A stretch of 32,000 bases of DNA from Thiotrichaceae bacterium. Lineage in GTDB: Bacteria > Pseudomonadota > Gammaproteobacteria > Thiotrichales > Thiotrichaceae. The notes below the pieces were generated by a model. It was not told where the DNA came from. It did not search any database and worked only from the letters and a program-made list of their open reading frames with translations. The stretch's first letter is position 1; the number at the start of each line of letters is the position of its first letter. This document shows, one piece after another, positions 1 to 9,713 of this stretch. The stretch covers positions 206,069 through 238,068 of the forward strand of contig CBDCZP010000005.1 of assembly GCA_965224605.1 (NCBI GenBank), in the 5' to 3' direction. Made by a program: the position numbers and the translations under genes.

Positions 1-260
1 TTAGCTAGATAAGTACACATAGCAGAAGCCAAAGCATCATTCTCTTCACTCAATGCATTTACCATCGAACTGGCTACAAACTGAGTACGTTCTAGAGGGT
101 TTGGGTTTTCAACACGTTTGTCACTGATGGTAATACCTTGATCCATTCGGGCATCCATACTATCGAGATATTTTCGTTGATGCCCGGGGAGCGGTTGCCC
201 TCGATCAAACTCCAAAATAGCGCTGCCGTTTATAACGACCGTTAATTGTTGTTTACTCAT
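1..260 (-). CDS. hypothetical protein, 3' end cut by the window edge
   Basis: Absent from the supplied ORF track because it runs off the edge. The ATG at 260-258 overlaps the TGA stop (259-257) of the upstream Sel1 gene (ATGA overlap). Hand translation gives 86 codons with no stop: MSKQQLTVVINGSAILEFDRGQPLPGHQRKYLDSMDARMDQGITISDKRVENPNPLERTQFVASSMVNALSEENDALASAMCTYLA... No family recognised. Confidence 0.5.
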   Translation of the reverse strand, partial: MSKQQLTVVINGSAILEFDRGQPLPGHQRKYLDSMDARMDQGITISDKRVENPNPLERTQFVASSMVNALSEENDALASAMCTYLA

Positions 261-709
261 GCCAGATCATCAAATCCTGCTGCTTTATAGAGTTTTTTTG
301 CTTTTGCTGAGTCTTGATCTACTCCTTTGCCTTGTTCGTACATCATGGCAAGAGTAGTCAATGATCCTTGTAATCCTTGATCCGCAGCTTTAGTAAACCA
401 CTCTACTGCTTTTGCGCCGTCTTTTTCTGCGCATTCACCTTCAAGGTGCATGAAGCCAACACCATGCTGGGCGATGGCATATCCTTGTTCTGCTGATTTG
501 AGCATCCATTCATAGGCAGCGGTATCGTTTTGTGCAATACCTAATCCATTTTGATACATAATCGCTAACATATGCTGAGCATGTGCATCGCCATCATAAG
601 CGAAAGGGGATAATAGCTGAATAGCACGCGAGAAGTGTTTCGCTTCAAATGCCGCCAATCCGCTAGAAAAATCCATTTCTTCAGAATCTGTTCTACTTGT
701 CTCAGTCAT
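257..709 (-). CDS. Sel1-like repeat (SLR/TPR-like) protein
   Basis: The 150-aa ORF has three to four ~36-aa repeats of the Sel1 type: 'AQHMLAIMYQNGLGIAQNDTAAYEWMLKSAEQG', 'AQHGVGFMHLEG..EKDGAKAVEWFTKAADQG', 'SLTTLAMMYEQGKGVDQDSAKAKKLYKAA'. Confidence 0.8.
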   Translation of the reverse strand: MTETSRTDSEEMDFSSGLAAFEAKHFSRAIQLLSPFAYDGDAHAQHMLAIMYQNGLGIAQNDTAAYEWMLKSAEQGYAIAQHGVGFMHLEGECAEKDGAKAVEWFTKAADQGLQGSLTTLAMMYEQGKGVDQDSAKAKKLYKAAGFDDLA

Positions 710-1194
710 ATCTATTGTCCTAAGTTTTAATTTCGGGAATTTTACACGATATACTGCATAAGACCGTAAATGTTACTGCATTAGCAGGGGTTTAGAGATT
801 TTATTCAGTTAAGATGTTGATTTTAAATACTCTATGGCAAGGTTAAAGGCTCTCTCAGGAAGCCACTTCCATCAATATTCCAAATCATGTCTTTACGCTT
901 ATTACCCCTATAGGGATATTCAGAAATCTTTAGATAGACGTATACTTGCGTGTACATAAAAGTTTGTAATCTATAAATTGTTTGGAATGTATTTACAATC
1001 GGTATTAAGACTATTGAATACAAACCCGATTAGCAGCACTCATTTTCGAAAGCCTGGTATATTTCATCTGGAGCTTTCAAGATACTAAGCCATTTAGATT
1101 TAGTAAGATTGTGACAAGTAACCCCAAAGTGCATAATATGGCTTAACTATTTTTTGCACTACGAATTTAGATTTAACAGAAAGAGGAAAAGGCA

Positions 1195-1389
1195 ATGAAC
1201 CAAGAGTATTATGATGCTGTTGTAAAAATGGAAGCGGCTAATGTTGATCCAGAATATGTACAGGGCTGGCAAGGTGGATATCTGGTTAATCCTGAGCGTG
1301 AAGAACAGCGTTTAACTGAAGCTTATGAAGCTGGCTATGAAGATGGCAAGGAACATAAACTAGATGGTTATAGCGACTGGGTTAAATAA
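1195..1389 (+). CDS. small acidic hypothetical protein (64 aa)
   Basis: There is a strong Shine-Dalgarno-like 'agaggaaaagg' 5-15 nt upstream of the ATG. The ORF is followed within 25 nt by a clean intrinsic terminator. No family recognised (MNQEYYDAVVKMEAANVDPEYVQGWQGGY...). Confidence 0.6.
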   Translation: MNQEYYDAVVKMEAANVDPEYVQGWQGGYLVNPEREEQRLTEAYEAGYEDGKEHKLDGYSDWVK

Positions 1390-1410
1390 TCTAGCTCTTT
1401 ATAAAATCTA

Positions 1411-1439
1411 AAAGCGGACTTTCGAGTCCGCTTTTTTTA
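1411..1439. terminator. Rho-independent terminator, probably bidirectional
   Basis: The sequence 'aaaGCGGACTttcgAGTCCGCttttttt' has a perfect 7-bp GC-rich stem (extendable by A:T pairs), a 4-nt loop and a T7 tract on the plus strand, with an A/T run on the other side. It lies between the convergent small ORF (+) and the bactofilin gene (-). Confidence 0.8.
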
Positions 1440-1559
1440 TGGGGATTATAATATATGCTTTCTCAACATGGGGCTTTCTAAACAGTAGGCTTATCCGTCA
1501 AGGCCTCATCTGTTTACTTGTTTAGTTCCTGATAACTTCAACTTGCCAACATGGTAATG

Positions 1560-2033
1560 CTAACTTGTTTCCAAGCTATCCATCGAGTCTTCGAGAGGGG
1601 CTGTATCCGCTTCATTGCTGGTAGCGAAAGATTGCGCCTCTTGTCTCAACATTCTGCCATTAACTTCGGCTCCTACTTCCATTTCTAACAAGTTATAATG
1701 AACATCTCCGGTTATTTTTGCCTGAGGGTAAAGATCTATCTTTTCACTGGCGAAAACATTCCCATTAATCGTTCCATTAATAATCATGTTGGGAACGCGA
1801 ACCTCGCCTTCTATATTGCCTTCATCATCAAGTATTAGCACAGAGTCGTTACTCTCTGCGACAAGATTCCCCTGAATGGTTCCATCTATTTTTAATACAC
1901 CCGTGAAGTGCATATCACCTTTTACAGTCGTTGTGTTTCCAATAAGAGTATTAACCTCATTTCGATCAGTTGACCCTGTATTTGTGGTGTTTGTTGATGT
2001 AGCGGGTTTTGTTGTTTTATTCTTTTTGAACAT
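1560..2033 (-). CDS. bactofilin-family polymer-forming cytoskeletal protein
   Basis: The 157-aa ORF has the repetitive beta-helix pattern typical of bactofilin/DUF583: 'VKGDMHFTGVLKIDGTIQGNL', 'IEGEVRVPNMIINGTINGNVFASEKIDLYPQAKITGDVHYNLLEMEVGAEVNG'. The N- and C-termini are disordered and Thr/Asn- or Ser/Asp-rich. Confidence 0.85.
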   Translation of the reverse strand: MFKKNKTTKPATSTNTTNTGSTDRNEVNTLIGNTTTVKGDMHFTGVLKIDGTIQGNLVAESNDSVLILDDEGNIEGEVRVPNMIINGTINGNVFASEKIDLYPQAKITGDVHYNLLEMEVGAEVNGRMLRQEAQSFATSNEADTAPLEDSMDSLETS

Positions 2034-2124
2034 AATACAATCTCCTTTAAGCCTGAGGTATCTTTGTTTGGGGTTATTGTGGGTGGGGTTAATTTAATAT
2101 AGCATGATTCTTAGTTAAAAATAT

Positions 2125-2877
2125 TCAGTTTTTCTGATTTACCAAAGGTTTCCATTGGTACGCTTTTCGTATTGTAGAATATTTTTTATCTTTAGGGATA
2201 ATCCATAGTGTGACTTTATCGGGAGAAAAGCCCTCAGGAAGGATGATGTCACCTTCTAAACTTTGGTAATATTTTAACGAAAACTTTCTTTCTGCTTCAA
2301 CGCCATCAGCAGCTAATTCTCTATGGCTATAGCTTCTATTCTTACCCTCTTCTTTGCCTGTTATTCTAATGACATACTGCCCTTTGAGTATCTTTTTCTC
2401 GCCTCTGACCTGAGAGAGGATAACGGTATAGTGATAACGATCATCCGTTTCATTGCTGTCTTTTTCACGCATATCAAAATGGCGAATATGCAAGCCTTTA
2501 CTAAGATTGTCTGCAGATAAAATATCATCATAAAGCAATTGATTTTTTCTAGCGGCCGTCAGTTCTTCTTCTACTTCAAGCATTTCTCTATTTAACGCTT
2601 TATTCGTAGCCTGCTGAATAGAATTCTCACGGCTTAAGGCTATTAGTTCTCTCTTCAGATCATTGAATTTTTCTTGAAGCTCTGTCAGCTCTAAACTGGA
2701 ACCTGCTATTTTTCTTCCCTGTATGTCATCGGTAAACATCCAGTAGTTATTTTTATATAAGCCAAAAATAACTAAACCCGCTATTAGAAGAGCGGAAAGT
2801 AAAGTCATTAAATAACGAGACTTTTCATTGGGAGCGGGTAACTGTATCCCTATGTCTTTATTAATATCTAGTTTCAT
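2125..2877 (-). CDS. membrane-anchored coiled-coil protein (bactofilin-neighbour, function unknown)
   Basis: The 250-aa ORF has one N-terminal TM helix 'YLMTLLSALLIAGLVIFGLY'. A heptad-like coiled coil follows (LELTELQEKFNDLKRELIALSRENSIQQATNKALNREMLEVEEELTAARKN), then a beta-rich C-terminus. It lies directly upstream of the bactofilin gene on the same strand. Confidence 0.6.
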   Translation of the reverse strand: MKLDINKDIGIQLPAPNEKSRYLMTLLSALLIAGLVIFGLYKNNYWMFTDDIQGRKIAGSSLELTELQEKFNDLKRELIALSRENSIQQATNKALNREMLEVEEELTAARKNQLLYDDILSADNLSKGLHIRHFDMREKDSNETDDRYHYTVILSQVRGEKKILKGQYVIRITGKEEGKNRSYSHRELAADGVEAERKFSLKYYQSLEGDIILPEGFSPDKVTLWIIPKDKKYSTIRKAYQWKPLVNQKN

Positions 2878-2984
2878 AGTTTCACGAAAATTTACAAAAG
2901 TTTTATATATGGTTTTATAATTTTTATTTTTCTAACCGATGTTTAGTCCGCTATACGAGACTAAGCTTTCTAGATGCTAACTAA

Positions 2985-4013
2985 TTAGGGAAGAAAAGCG
3001 GGGGACATTAGCCCGGTTGTTTCGTTAAGTCCAAGCATAATGTTCATATTTTGTACCGCTTGTCCTGCGGCTCCTTTCACTAAATTATCAATCACCGAAA
3101 GAACAACGATACGTTCTCCATTACCCGGCCTGTGAGGTGATATCCGGCAAATGTTGGAACCTTTTACAGAGCGGGTCTCAGGATGCGATCCTGCTGGCAT
3201 CACATCAACAAAAGGTTCGTCTGCATAACGCTTTTCGAACAACTGTTGTAGATCATGCTCGATATCTGCCTGCGTATATAACGTTGCATGAATACCTCTA
3301 ATCATCGGCAACAAATGCGGAACAAAGGTTAAGTCTGCTGGCTTTCCCGCCAACAAAGATAACGTTTGTACGATTTCTGGCTGATGTCTGTGTCCATCCG
3401 AGGCATATGCCTTGAAGTTGTCTGAAATCTCACTCAATAATGTACTCACATTAGCTTGCCGACCCGCTCCACTTGCACCGGATTTACAATCTGCGATGAT
3501 ACCTTTTGCGTCAATCACACCCGCTTCTAACAATGGCAGCAATCCCAATGTTACCGCTGTGGGATAACACCCGGGATTTGCCACTAAATTTGCTGATGCT
3601 ATCTGCGCACGGTTTATTTCCGGCAAACCATACACAGCCAATTCAACTAGCTCAGGAGTTGCATGTTGCATACCGTACCATTTTTCCCAGACACTCAGGT
3701 CTTTGATCCGATAATCTGCGGCTAAATCAATCACCTTGACACCGTTATCTAGTAAAACTTTGCTATGTTGCATAGCAATACCGTTGGGAGTAGCAAAGAA
3801 CACTAAATCACAGTCCGATAGCTTTTCTACGTCTGGTTCACTAAAATCCAGATCTATAAACCCCCGCAAGTTAGGAAACATACCATCAACACGACTTCCT
3901 GCATTTGCTCGTGAAGTGACTATGGTCACCTCAACATTGCTATGGGTTGACAGTATTCTCAATAGTTCAACACCCGTATATCCGGTTGCGCCAACGATGC
4001 CTATTTTTTTCAT
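2985..4013 (-). CDS. argC: N-acetyl-gamma-glutamyl-phosphate reductase
   Basis: The 342-aa ORF starts with the Rossmann motif '[21 protein letters not shown]'. It has the catalytic-Cys motif '[11 protein letters not shown]' and overall ArgC length and layout. Confidence 0.92.
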   Translation of the reverse strand: MKKIGIVGATGYTGVELLRILSTHSNVEVTIVTSRANAGSRVDGMFPNLRGFIDLDFSEPDVEKLSDCDLVFFATPNGIAMQHSKVLLDNGVKVIDLAADYRIKDLSVWEKWYGMQHATPELVELAVYGLPEINRAQIASANLVANPGCYPTAVTLGLLPLLEAGVIDAKGIIADCKSGASGAGRQANVSTLLSEISDNFKAYASDGHRHQPEIVQTLSLLAGKPADLTFVPHLLPMIRGIHATLYTQADIEHDLQQLFEKRYADEPFVDVMPAGSHPETRSVKGSNICRISPHRPGNGERIVVLSVIDNLVKGAAGQAVQNMNIMLGLNETTGLMSPAFLP

Positions 4014-4260
4014 TTTATTTTTCTTTGCCTTGCTTTGTGATATTTAAAGAGGAAGATATATACTCAGCCTCGTTATAATTTTTGAAAATCTCGGTGAATT
4101 CGTGGATTCAAACAACAAGGCATCACGACGAGTCATAGTCACTCTATGGGGGTGGTCTAAGTGATAACGCAGTGTTTGGATTCATGAAACACGCAGAATT
4201 CAATAATTATGGCGTGGTTGAGTATAATAGCAAGTAATCAGAATTTTGGGAGTAACAAAA

Positions 4261-4683
4261 ATGTTGTATGTCTGGATAAAAGCCTTACATATTATTTTTA
4301 TGGTGACCTGGTTTGCAGGATTGTTTTATCTCCCCAGACTCTATGTTTATCACGCTATGCCCGAAAACAAGAATAGTTTTGAGTTATTCAAAGTGATGGA
4401 ACGACGCTTGTTTATTATGATGACATTAGGTGCTGTGCTTACTACTGTTTTTGGGAGCATCCTGATGGTTTTAAATACTTCCCTATTGGGATCAAGCTGG
4501 TTTCATGCAAAGTTGCTATTCATCTTATTGCTCTTTATTTATCACTATGCCTGCTTGCGTATTATGCTAACTTTTCGCGAGGAGAGGAATCAACGTAGTC
4601 ACAAATGGTATCGTTATTTTAATGAAGCTCCGAGCTTACTGCTCATGGCTATTGTTATTCTTGTGGTTACCAAGTCTTTTTGA
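4261..4683 (+). CDS. hemJ: protoporphyrinogen IX oxidase HemJ-family membrane protein
   Basis: The N-terminus 'MLYVWIKALHIIFMVTWFAGLFYLPRLYVYHA' is the characteristic HemJ (UPF0093) signature. The protein is ~140 aa with four TM helices. I prefer the ATG at 4261 (GGGAG at 4248-4252) over the TTG at 4246 used by the ORF track. Confidence 0.85.
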   Translation: MLYVWIKALHIIFMVTWFAGLFYLPRLYVYHAMPENKNSFELFKVMERRLFIMMTLGAVLTTVFGSILMVLNTSLLGSSWFHAKLLFILLLFIYHYACLRIMLTFREERNQRSHKWYRYFNEAPSLLLMAIVILVVTKSF

Positions 4684-4799
4684 TGTGTTAATGCATACCA
4701 GGTATCAATATCGGCATGGTGCAATGGTGGGTTCCATCCACCCTACCCTTTTTAGTTGGTTCCAGTGTTGGTTCCAAAATATGGGGAGCGATTGCTTAA

Positions 4800-5300
4800 T
4801 CAAGACCACTTATGATTTTTTAGTTTAGCCTTTTTTAATACAGGTGCCAGCTCTTTTAATGCTTTTTTATAAACGCTGCGTTTAAAATAAACCACTTCTG
4901 CCGCAGGTTCCCAATAATCAACCCAGCGCCAACCATCAAATTCAGGTTTATCGGTAGAGCGCAGATTGAAACAGGAATCGCCTCCAACCAAGTGCACCAA
5001 AAACCAGCGCTGTTTCTGGCCTATGCAAACAGGGGAGGAGTGTTTTCTGATCATATGCTTAGGCAAGCGATAACGTAACCAGTCAGCCGTAGAACCTACT
5101 ATACGTACATCTTCCGGTTGTAGTCCGGTTTCTTCGTGTAATTCTCGATACATCGCTTCTTCTGCCGTCTCACCCGGATCTATACCCCCCTGTGGAAACT
5201 GCCAGGAGTACTCTCCGATACGTTTCCCCCAGAAAACCATGCCATCGCAATTACAAACAACGATACCTACATTTGCTCTAAAACCGTCTTTGTCTATCAC
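4800..5300 (-). CDS. rppH: RNA pyrophosphohydrolase (Nudix)
   Basis: The N-terminus '[13 protein letters not shown]' is followed by the Nudix box '[23 protein letters not shown]'. A C-terminal extension typical of RppH/NudH is present. Confidence 0.9.
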   Translation of the reverse strand: MIDKDGFRANVGIVVCNCDGMVFWGKRIGEYSWQFPQGGIDPGETAEEAMYRELHEETGLQPEDVRIVGSTADWLRYRLPKHMIRKHSSPVCIGQKQRWFLVHLVGGDSCFNLRSTDKPEFDGWRWVDYWEPAAEVVYFKRSVYKKALKELAPVLKKAKLKNHKWS

Positions 5301-5450
5301 CTATCACACCTACTTAAAAAGTTTTCATAATTCTTTCATATCCATCATGATTCATCAATCTTTAGTTCTTGTGTGGTAGAGCCTCCAAGAACTTATGCAG
5401 TACTGTGTAGGAATCTATACAATACGGTTTTCATCTTAGATACCCATCAC

Positions 5451-6107
5451 ATGACATTAGCTATTTTCGACTTGGACAATACACTGCTAGACGGCGACAG
5501 TGACTATGAGTGGGGACAGTTCTTGGTCAATAAAGGTATCGTTGACAAGGAAGCTTATGAACAAGCCAATAATCGCTTCCTTGAACAATATCAGCAAGGG
5601 AATTTGGATATCCATGAGTTTTCCCGATTCGCCTTTAAGCCCTTGGCTGAAAATTCGCTTGAACATTTATTAAAATGGCGTGAAACTTTCTTACAGGAAG
5701 TGATTGCTCCTATCATTCTGCCTAAAGCTATAAACTTGGTGGAACACCATCGGCAACAACACCATACCTTGTTAGTTATTACCGCAACCAATAGCTTTAT
5801 TACGGCACCTATAGTGAAATCCTTCGGTATACCTCACTTAATTGCCACAGAGCCAAAGCAACAGGATGGTCGTTATATCGCAGCGATTAACGGTGTCCCC
5901 TGCTTTCAGGAAGGAAAGGTAGAACGTTTACGGCATTGGCTGGACACTCACAATGAAGACCTAAAAGGCAGCTTCTTCTATAGCGACTCACATAATGACT
6001 TACCATTATTGGAGATAGTTGACAATCCTGTTGCGGTAGACCCTGATGAAAAACTAGAAAAAATCGCGAAGAACTTGGAATGGAACATTATTTCGTTACG
6101 AGGCTAA
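5451..6107 (+). CDS. HAD-IB family hydrolase (phosphoserine-phosphatase-like)
   Basis: HAD motif I 'AIFDLDNTLL' is present, then a cap region, motif II 'LLVITATNSF', and motifs III/IV 'K..RL..W' and 'FYSDSHNDLPLL'. The start is moved to the ATG at 5451 (MTLAIFDLDNT) because motif I normally sits at the extreme N-terminus; the ORF track starts at GTG 5373. Confidence 0.8.
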   Translation: MTLAIFDLDNTLLDGDSDYEWGQFLVNKGIVDKEAYEQANNRFLEQYQQGNLDIHEFSRFAFKPLAENSLEHLLKWRETFLQEVIAPIILPKAINLVEHHRQQHHTLLVITATNSFITAPIVKSFGIPHLIATEPKQQDGRYIAAINGVPCFQEGKVERLRHWLDTHNEDLKGSFFYSDSHNDLPLLEIVDNPVAVDPDEKLEKIAKNLEWNIISLRG

Positions 6108-6217
6108 CATGCTAACTTCGTTATCAAGGTACGGAAACATTGGACTTAGTTGATTCCCGTGTTTCGCTATCGCTCAACACAGGCTACATTTGTCTTAAAC
6201 AACTGGGCAATCAGTAG

Positions 6218-6820
6218 CTAGATAAAACAGATTCTAGTTCCTCTTCGCTCATCCAAAACTCGGTACATCCCTGCATACGGGATATTAATCAGCTGTTGGC
6301 TTGCTAACGGCATCTTCAACACCCCTCCCATGACAGCCCTCATAACCCCCGCATGAGAAATTAACAATATCTTTTGTCCTTTATATCGAAGTATGAGATC
6401 AGTTAGTGAAGCACTCACTCTCTCATTCAATTTCTCCAGAGATTCTGCACCCCGGGGACGCTTATTAACAGGATCAGCGTAAAAATCCCAATATTCCTCA
6501 CCAAATTCTTGCTTGATTTGACTCGGCGTTTTTCCTTCCCATTCGCCATAGTTGGCTTCAACAAGCGTATCGACCACTTCTACGGGTACATTCATTTGCT
6601 GACCAAGTTCTTTTGCATAAGCATGACAACGCACCATCGGTGAAGTGATTATCTGTGACCAGTTGGTATCATTCTCATCTATTCTTTTCTTTATGCTTGC
6701 TTGCATCTCTTGCCAGCCAAGTTTACTAAGAGAATGATCCGTTCCACAACCACGGTACATCCGACCACCTTCTGGCTCGCCATGTCTTAATAAATCTATA
6801 ATCGTATTTTGATAGTCCAT
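6218..6820 (-). CDS. histidine phosphatase family protein (phosphoglycerate-mutase-like)
   Basis: The catalytic motif 'LLRHGE' is near the N-terminus and a second His motif 'LLISHAGVMRA' near the C-terminus. I prefer the ATG at 6820 (MDYQNTIIDLLRHGE); the TTG at 6838 in the ORF track lies inside the upstream terminator stem. Confidence 0.8.
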   Translation of the reverse strand: MDYQNTIIDLLRHGEPEGGRMYRGCGTDHSLSKLGWQEMQASIKKRIDENDTNWSQIITSPMVRCHAYAKELGQQMNVPVEVVDTLVEANYGEWEGKTPSQIKQEFGEEYWDFYADPVNKRPRGAESLEKLNERVSASLTDLILRYKGQKILLISHAGVMRAVMGGVLKMPLASQQLINIPYAGMYRVLDERRGTRICFI

Positions 6821-6823
6821 GTC

Positions 6824-6859
6824 ATGAAAAAGCCCCAATCAAAAAATGATTAGGGCTTT
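6824..6859 (-). terminator. intrinsic terminator/attenuator downstream of clpA
   Basis: The minus-strand RNA reads 'AAAGCCCUAAUC-AUUUUUU-GAUUGGGGCUUU-UUC', a 12-bp stem (one G:U) with a U-run. It lies 70 nt after the clpA stop and only ~5 nt before the ATG of the phosphatase gene. Confidence 0.6.
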
Positions 6860-6930
6860 AAATCCAGCTTAAATTAATGTATCTAAAACGCCTTCTAAAG
6901 CCTTATGAAAATAGCTCTACAAAAATAGCG

Positions 6931-9213
6931 CTACGAAATAGCTTCAGTTTCCTTGTCGAAGTTAAGCTTTAGCTTATCTTTAACCACAGTCACTCTGACT
7001 GTACCACCATGACTCAATGCACCAAACAGAATTTCATCGGCCAAAGGTCGCTTGATATTCTCCTGTACCACTCTAGCCATGGGTCTCGCACCCATAATGG
7101 GGTCATAGCCTTTTTTCGCTAACCAACGCTTGGCTTTGTCATCAACAATGATAGTCACTTTCTTGTCTTCTAACTGTGTTTCCAGTTGAATCAGGAATTT
7201 ATCAACGACATGTTCAATAACATTTTTATCCAGTGGGTTAAACTGAATAACTGCATCTAGACGATTCCTAAATTCTGGTGAAAATGCTTTTTCTACTGCT
7301 TTACCTGAATCCAGACTATGGTTCTGTTCAGTAAAACCAATAGATGCACGGCTCATGTTTTCAGCACCGGCATTACTGGTCATCACCAGAATCACATTGC
7401 GGAAATCTACTTTACGGCCATTACTATCCGTTAAAGTGCCATTGTCCATTACTTGTAACAGAATATTAAAGACATCAGGGTGAGCCTTTTCGATTTCATC
7501 CAGTAATAGCACCGCATGAGGATTTTTGATCACAGCTTCCGTTAACAAACCACCTTGCTCATATCCAACATACCCGGGAGGTGCTCCGATCAAACGTGAA
7601 ACCGTATGACGTTCCATATACTCAGACATATCTAAACGTATCAGCTCAATGCCTAAATGTTCTGCCAGCTGCTTGGTTACTTCTGTTTTACCGACACCTG
7701 TAGGGCCTGCGAACAAGAAGGAACCTATGGTTTTGTTATCTTCACGCAAACCAGATCGTGACATTTTGATAGCTGTAACCAACTGATCAATCGCTTTGTC
7801 CTGACCAAAGACAACCCGCTTAAGGTTGTCATCCAGACGTTGTAGAACAGCCATATCAGATGAAGACACAGTCTTGGGAGGAATACGTGCAATCTTTGCA
7901 ACAATCGCTTCAATGTCTTTAACAGAAATGGTTTTCTTACGTGTTGAGCCTGATTGCAGTTGTCGATTCGCCCCTGCCTCGTCAATCACATCAATCGCCT
8001 TGTCGGGCAAATGCCTATCAGTGATATATCGTGCCGACAATTCGGCAGCTGTTTTCAGCGCAGGATTGGTATATTTAACTTTATGATGAGTCTCGTAACG
8101 ACTTTTTAGTCCTTGCAGTATTTTAATGGTGTCGGCAACCGTAGGCTCGACAATATCAATTTTCTGGAAACGACGCGCCAAAGCACGGTCTTTCTCAAAT
8201 ATACCGTGGTATTCCTGATAAGTAGTAGAGCCGATACATTTCAGCTCTCCATTGGCTAATACCGGTTTGATGAGATTCGAGGCATCCATTGTGCCGCCCG
8301 ATGTTGCCCCTGCACCTATGATGATATGGATTTCGTCGATGAATAATACGGCGTGTTCTTCTTGTTTAATTTGGTTCAGCACCGCTTTCAGACGTTTTTC
8401 AAAATCACCCCTGTATTTTGTTCCGGCGACTAAAGCACCTAAATCCAATGAATATAAAACCGCACTTGAGAGCACCTCTGGAACTTGTCCATCAACAATC
8501 CGCTTGGCCAAACCTTCGGCTATCGCTGTCTTACCTACACCGGCCTCACCGACTAGCAATGGATTGTTTTTGCGTCTACGGCAAAGTACTTGCACCGTGC
8601 GTTCTACTTCTTGATCCCGACCAATCAGAGGGTCTATTTTTCCTTCACGAGCACGTTGATTCAGATTGGTAGCAAATTGATCCAAAGCATTTTCACTGGG
8701 TTCTCCATTCTCTGAATCAGCCGGTTCCAAACTGGGATCAGTATCTTCACCCAACAGATCGGTCAATGTGGGTTCATCTTCATATTTATGCACACCGTGA
8801 GAAACATAGTTCACCAAATCCAGGCGAGACATATTTTGCTTATTTAAATAGTAAACGGCATGTGATTCCGGTTCGCCGAAAATAGCGATAAGAATATTTT
8901 CTCCAGACACTTCTTCTTTTCCAGAAGCCTGAACATGGTAAACCGCTCGTTGAATAACTCTTTGAAAGCCTAATGTCGGTTGGGTTTCTCGTTCATCCTC
9001 ACCAAATAGGACAGGCGTGCTATCTTCAATAAAACCATCCAGTTCTGTTTGCAATACGGGGATGTCTACACCACATGCACGCAATGCATCAGCTGCATTG
9101 GGGTTGTTCGTCATGGCAAACAACAAATGTTCAACTGTTACGAACTCATGGCGTTTTTCGCGCGCATCACGAAATAGCGTATTAATAGAATATTCGACTT
9201 CTGTGCTAAGCAT
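6931..9213 (-). CDS. clpA: ATP-dependent Clp protease ATP-binding subunit ClpA
   Basis: The 760-aa ORF has a Clp N-domain and two AAA+ modules, with Walker A motifs 'GEAGVGKTAIAEG' and 'GPTGVGKTEVTKQ'. Walker B motifs are 'LFIDEIH' and 'LLLDEIEKAH'. It has no middle (M) domain, so it is ClpA rather than ClpB, and it sits downstream of clpS. Confidence 0.95.
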   Translation of the reverse strand: MLSTEVEYSINTLFRDAREKRHEFVTVEHLLFAMTNNPNAADALRACGVDIPVLQTELDGFIEDSTPVLFGEDERETQPTLGFQRVIQRAVYHVQASGKEEVSGENILIAIFGEPESHAVYYLNKQNMSRLDLVNYVSHGVHKYEDEPTLTDLLGEDTDPSLEPADSENGEPSENALDQFATNLNQRAREGKIDPLIGRDQEVERTVQVLCRRRKNNPLLVGEAGVGKTAIAEGLAKRIVDGQVPEVLSSAVLYSLDLGALVAGTKYRGDFEKRLKAVLNQIKQEEHAVLFIDEIHIIIGAGATSGGTMDASNLIKPVLANGELKCIGSTTYQEYHGIFEKDRALARRFQKIDIVEPTVADTIKILQGLKSRYETHHKVKYTNPALKTAAELSARYITDRHLPDKAIDVIDEAGANRQLQSGSTRKKTISVKDIEAIVAKIARIPPKTVSSSDMAVLQRLDDNLKRVVFGQDKAIDQLVTAIKMSRSGLREDNKTIGSFLFAGPTGVGKTEVTKQLAEHLGIELIRLDMSEYMERHTVSRLIGAPPGYVGYEQGGLLTEAVIKNPHAVLLLDEIEKAHPDVFNILLQVMDNGTLTDSNGRKVDFRNVILVMTSNAGAENMSRASIGFTEQNHSLDSGKAVEKAFSPEFRNRLDAVIQFNPLDKNVIEHVVDKFLIQLETQLEDKKVTIIVDDKAKRWLAKKGYDPIMGARPMARVVQENIKRPLADEILFGALSHGGTVRVTVVKDKLKLNFDKETEAIS

Positions 9214-9392
9214 GATTACTCCCTTGTTATATTTCCAAGTTCTTTAAAGAACTCAATAAAGCCAAGCTACTTCCTTTTCAGGAAATAAAAGCCCATCTAA
9301 ATTTGAGTCTCTTAAGCACTCTCTGTACCCTCACAACGACTAAAATTGTCGTGAAAACTAACTGACTGCTACTCTCTAACTAATAGCATAGG

Positions 9393-9713
9393 TTAGTTTT
9401 CCTCCATTGTGCATAACAGCGGATGTTCATTCTCTCTGGCGAATTGATTCACCTGAGCGACCTTTGTCTCTGCTATATCTCTAGTATAGACCCCACAAAC
9501 ACCTTTGCCTTTAGTATGTACACTTAGCATGATGCGTGTGGATCTTTCTTGGTCTAAACCGAAGAACAATCTTAGTACTTCTACGACAAACTCCATTGGA
9601 GTGAAGTCATCGTTAAGAAGTATAACTTTGAAAAGCTTCGGTTCCTTTACATCAGGACGGGATTCTTCAACCGCTAATCCTGAATCATTCTGATGGTCGG
9701 TATCATCAGCCAT
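9393..9713 (-). CDS. clpS: ATP-dependent Clp protease adaptor ClpS
   Basis: The 106-aa ORF contains '[23 protein letters not shown]' and '[28 protein letters not shown]', the typical ClpS core. It is in the conserved clpS-clpA arrangement. Confidence 0.93.
   Translation of the reverse strand: MADDTDHQNDSGLAVEESRPDVKEPKLFKVILLNDDFTPMEFVVEVLRLFFGLDQERSTRIMLSVHTKGKGVCGVYTRDIAETKVAQVNQFARENEHPLLCTMEEN

Noticed and set aside
832-1023. 63-aa minus-strand ORF in the intergenic region upstream of the Sel1 gene.
   Set aside because: It has no SD, an odd composition (MYSIVLIPIVNTFQTIYRLQTFMYTQVYVYL...) and lies in AT-rich non-coding-looking DNA. It is most likely spurious.
4091-4206. Possible ArgR operator (ARG box) or structured leader in the divergent argC/hemJ intergenic region. 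'TGAATtcgtggATTCA' (4095-4110) and a partially complementary 'GGATTCATGAAACACGCAGAATTCA' (~4178-4202) both contain GAATTC.
   Set aside because: The half-site spacing (6 nt) does not fit the 18-bp ARG-box consensus (TGAAT-4 nt-ATTCA). The long-range pairing is short and interrupted. It cannot be supported without covariation data.
4723-4756. Weak hairpin 'GGTGG-gttccat-CCACC' followed by 'ctaccctttttag' after hemJ, a possible terminator.
   Set aside because: The stem is only 5 bp and the T-run is separated from it by 6 nt. This is below my threshold for a terminator call.
4622-4828. 68-aa plus-strand ORF overlapping the hemJ 3' end and the rppH 3' end.
   Set aside because: It overlaps two supported genes in the convergent terminator region and has a Trp/Phe/Cys-rich improbable composition.
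7725-9247. Several 76-120-aa ORFs on both strands inside clpA (7725-7985, 7826-8086, 8252-8614, 8418-8672, 9017-9247). Similar ones lie inside argC, the bactofilin gene, the kinase gene and the ligase gene.
   Set aside because: They are shadow ORFs nested within strongly supported long genes. They have no independent signals and biased Ser/Arg/Cys-rich compositions.
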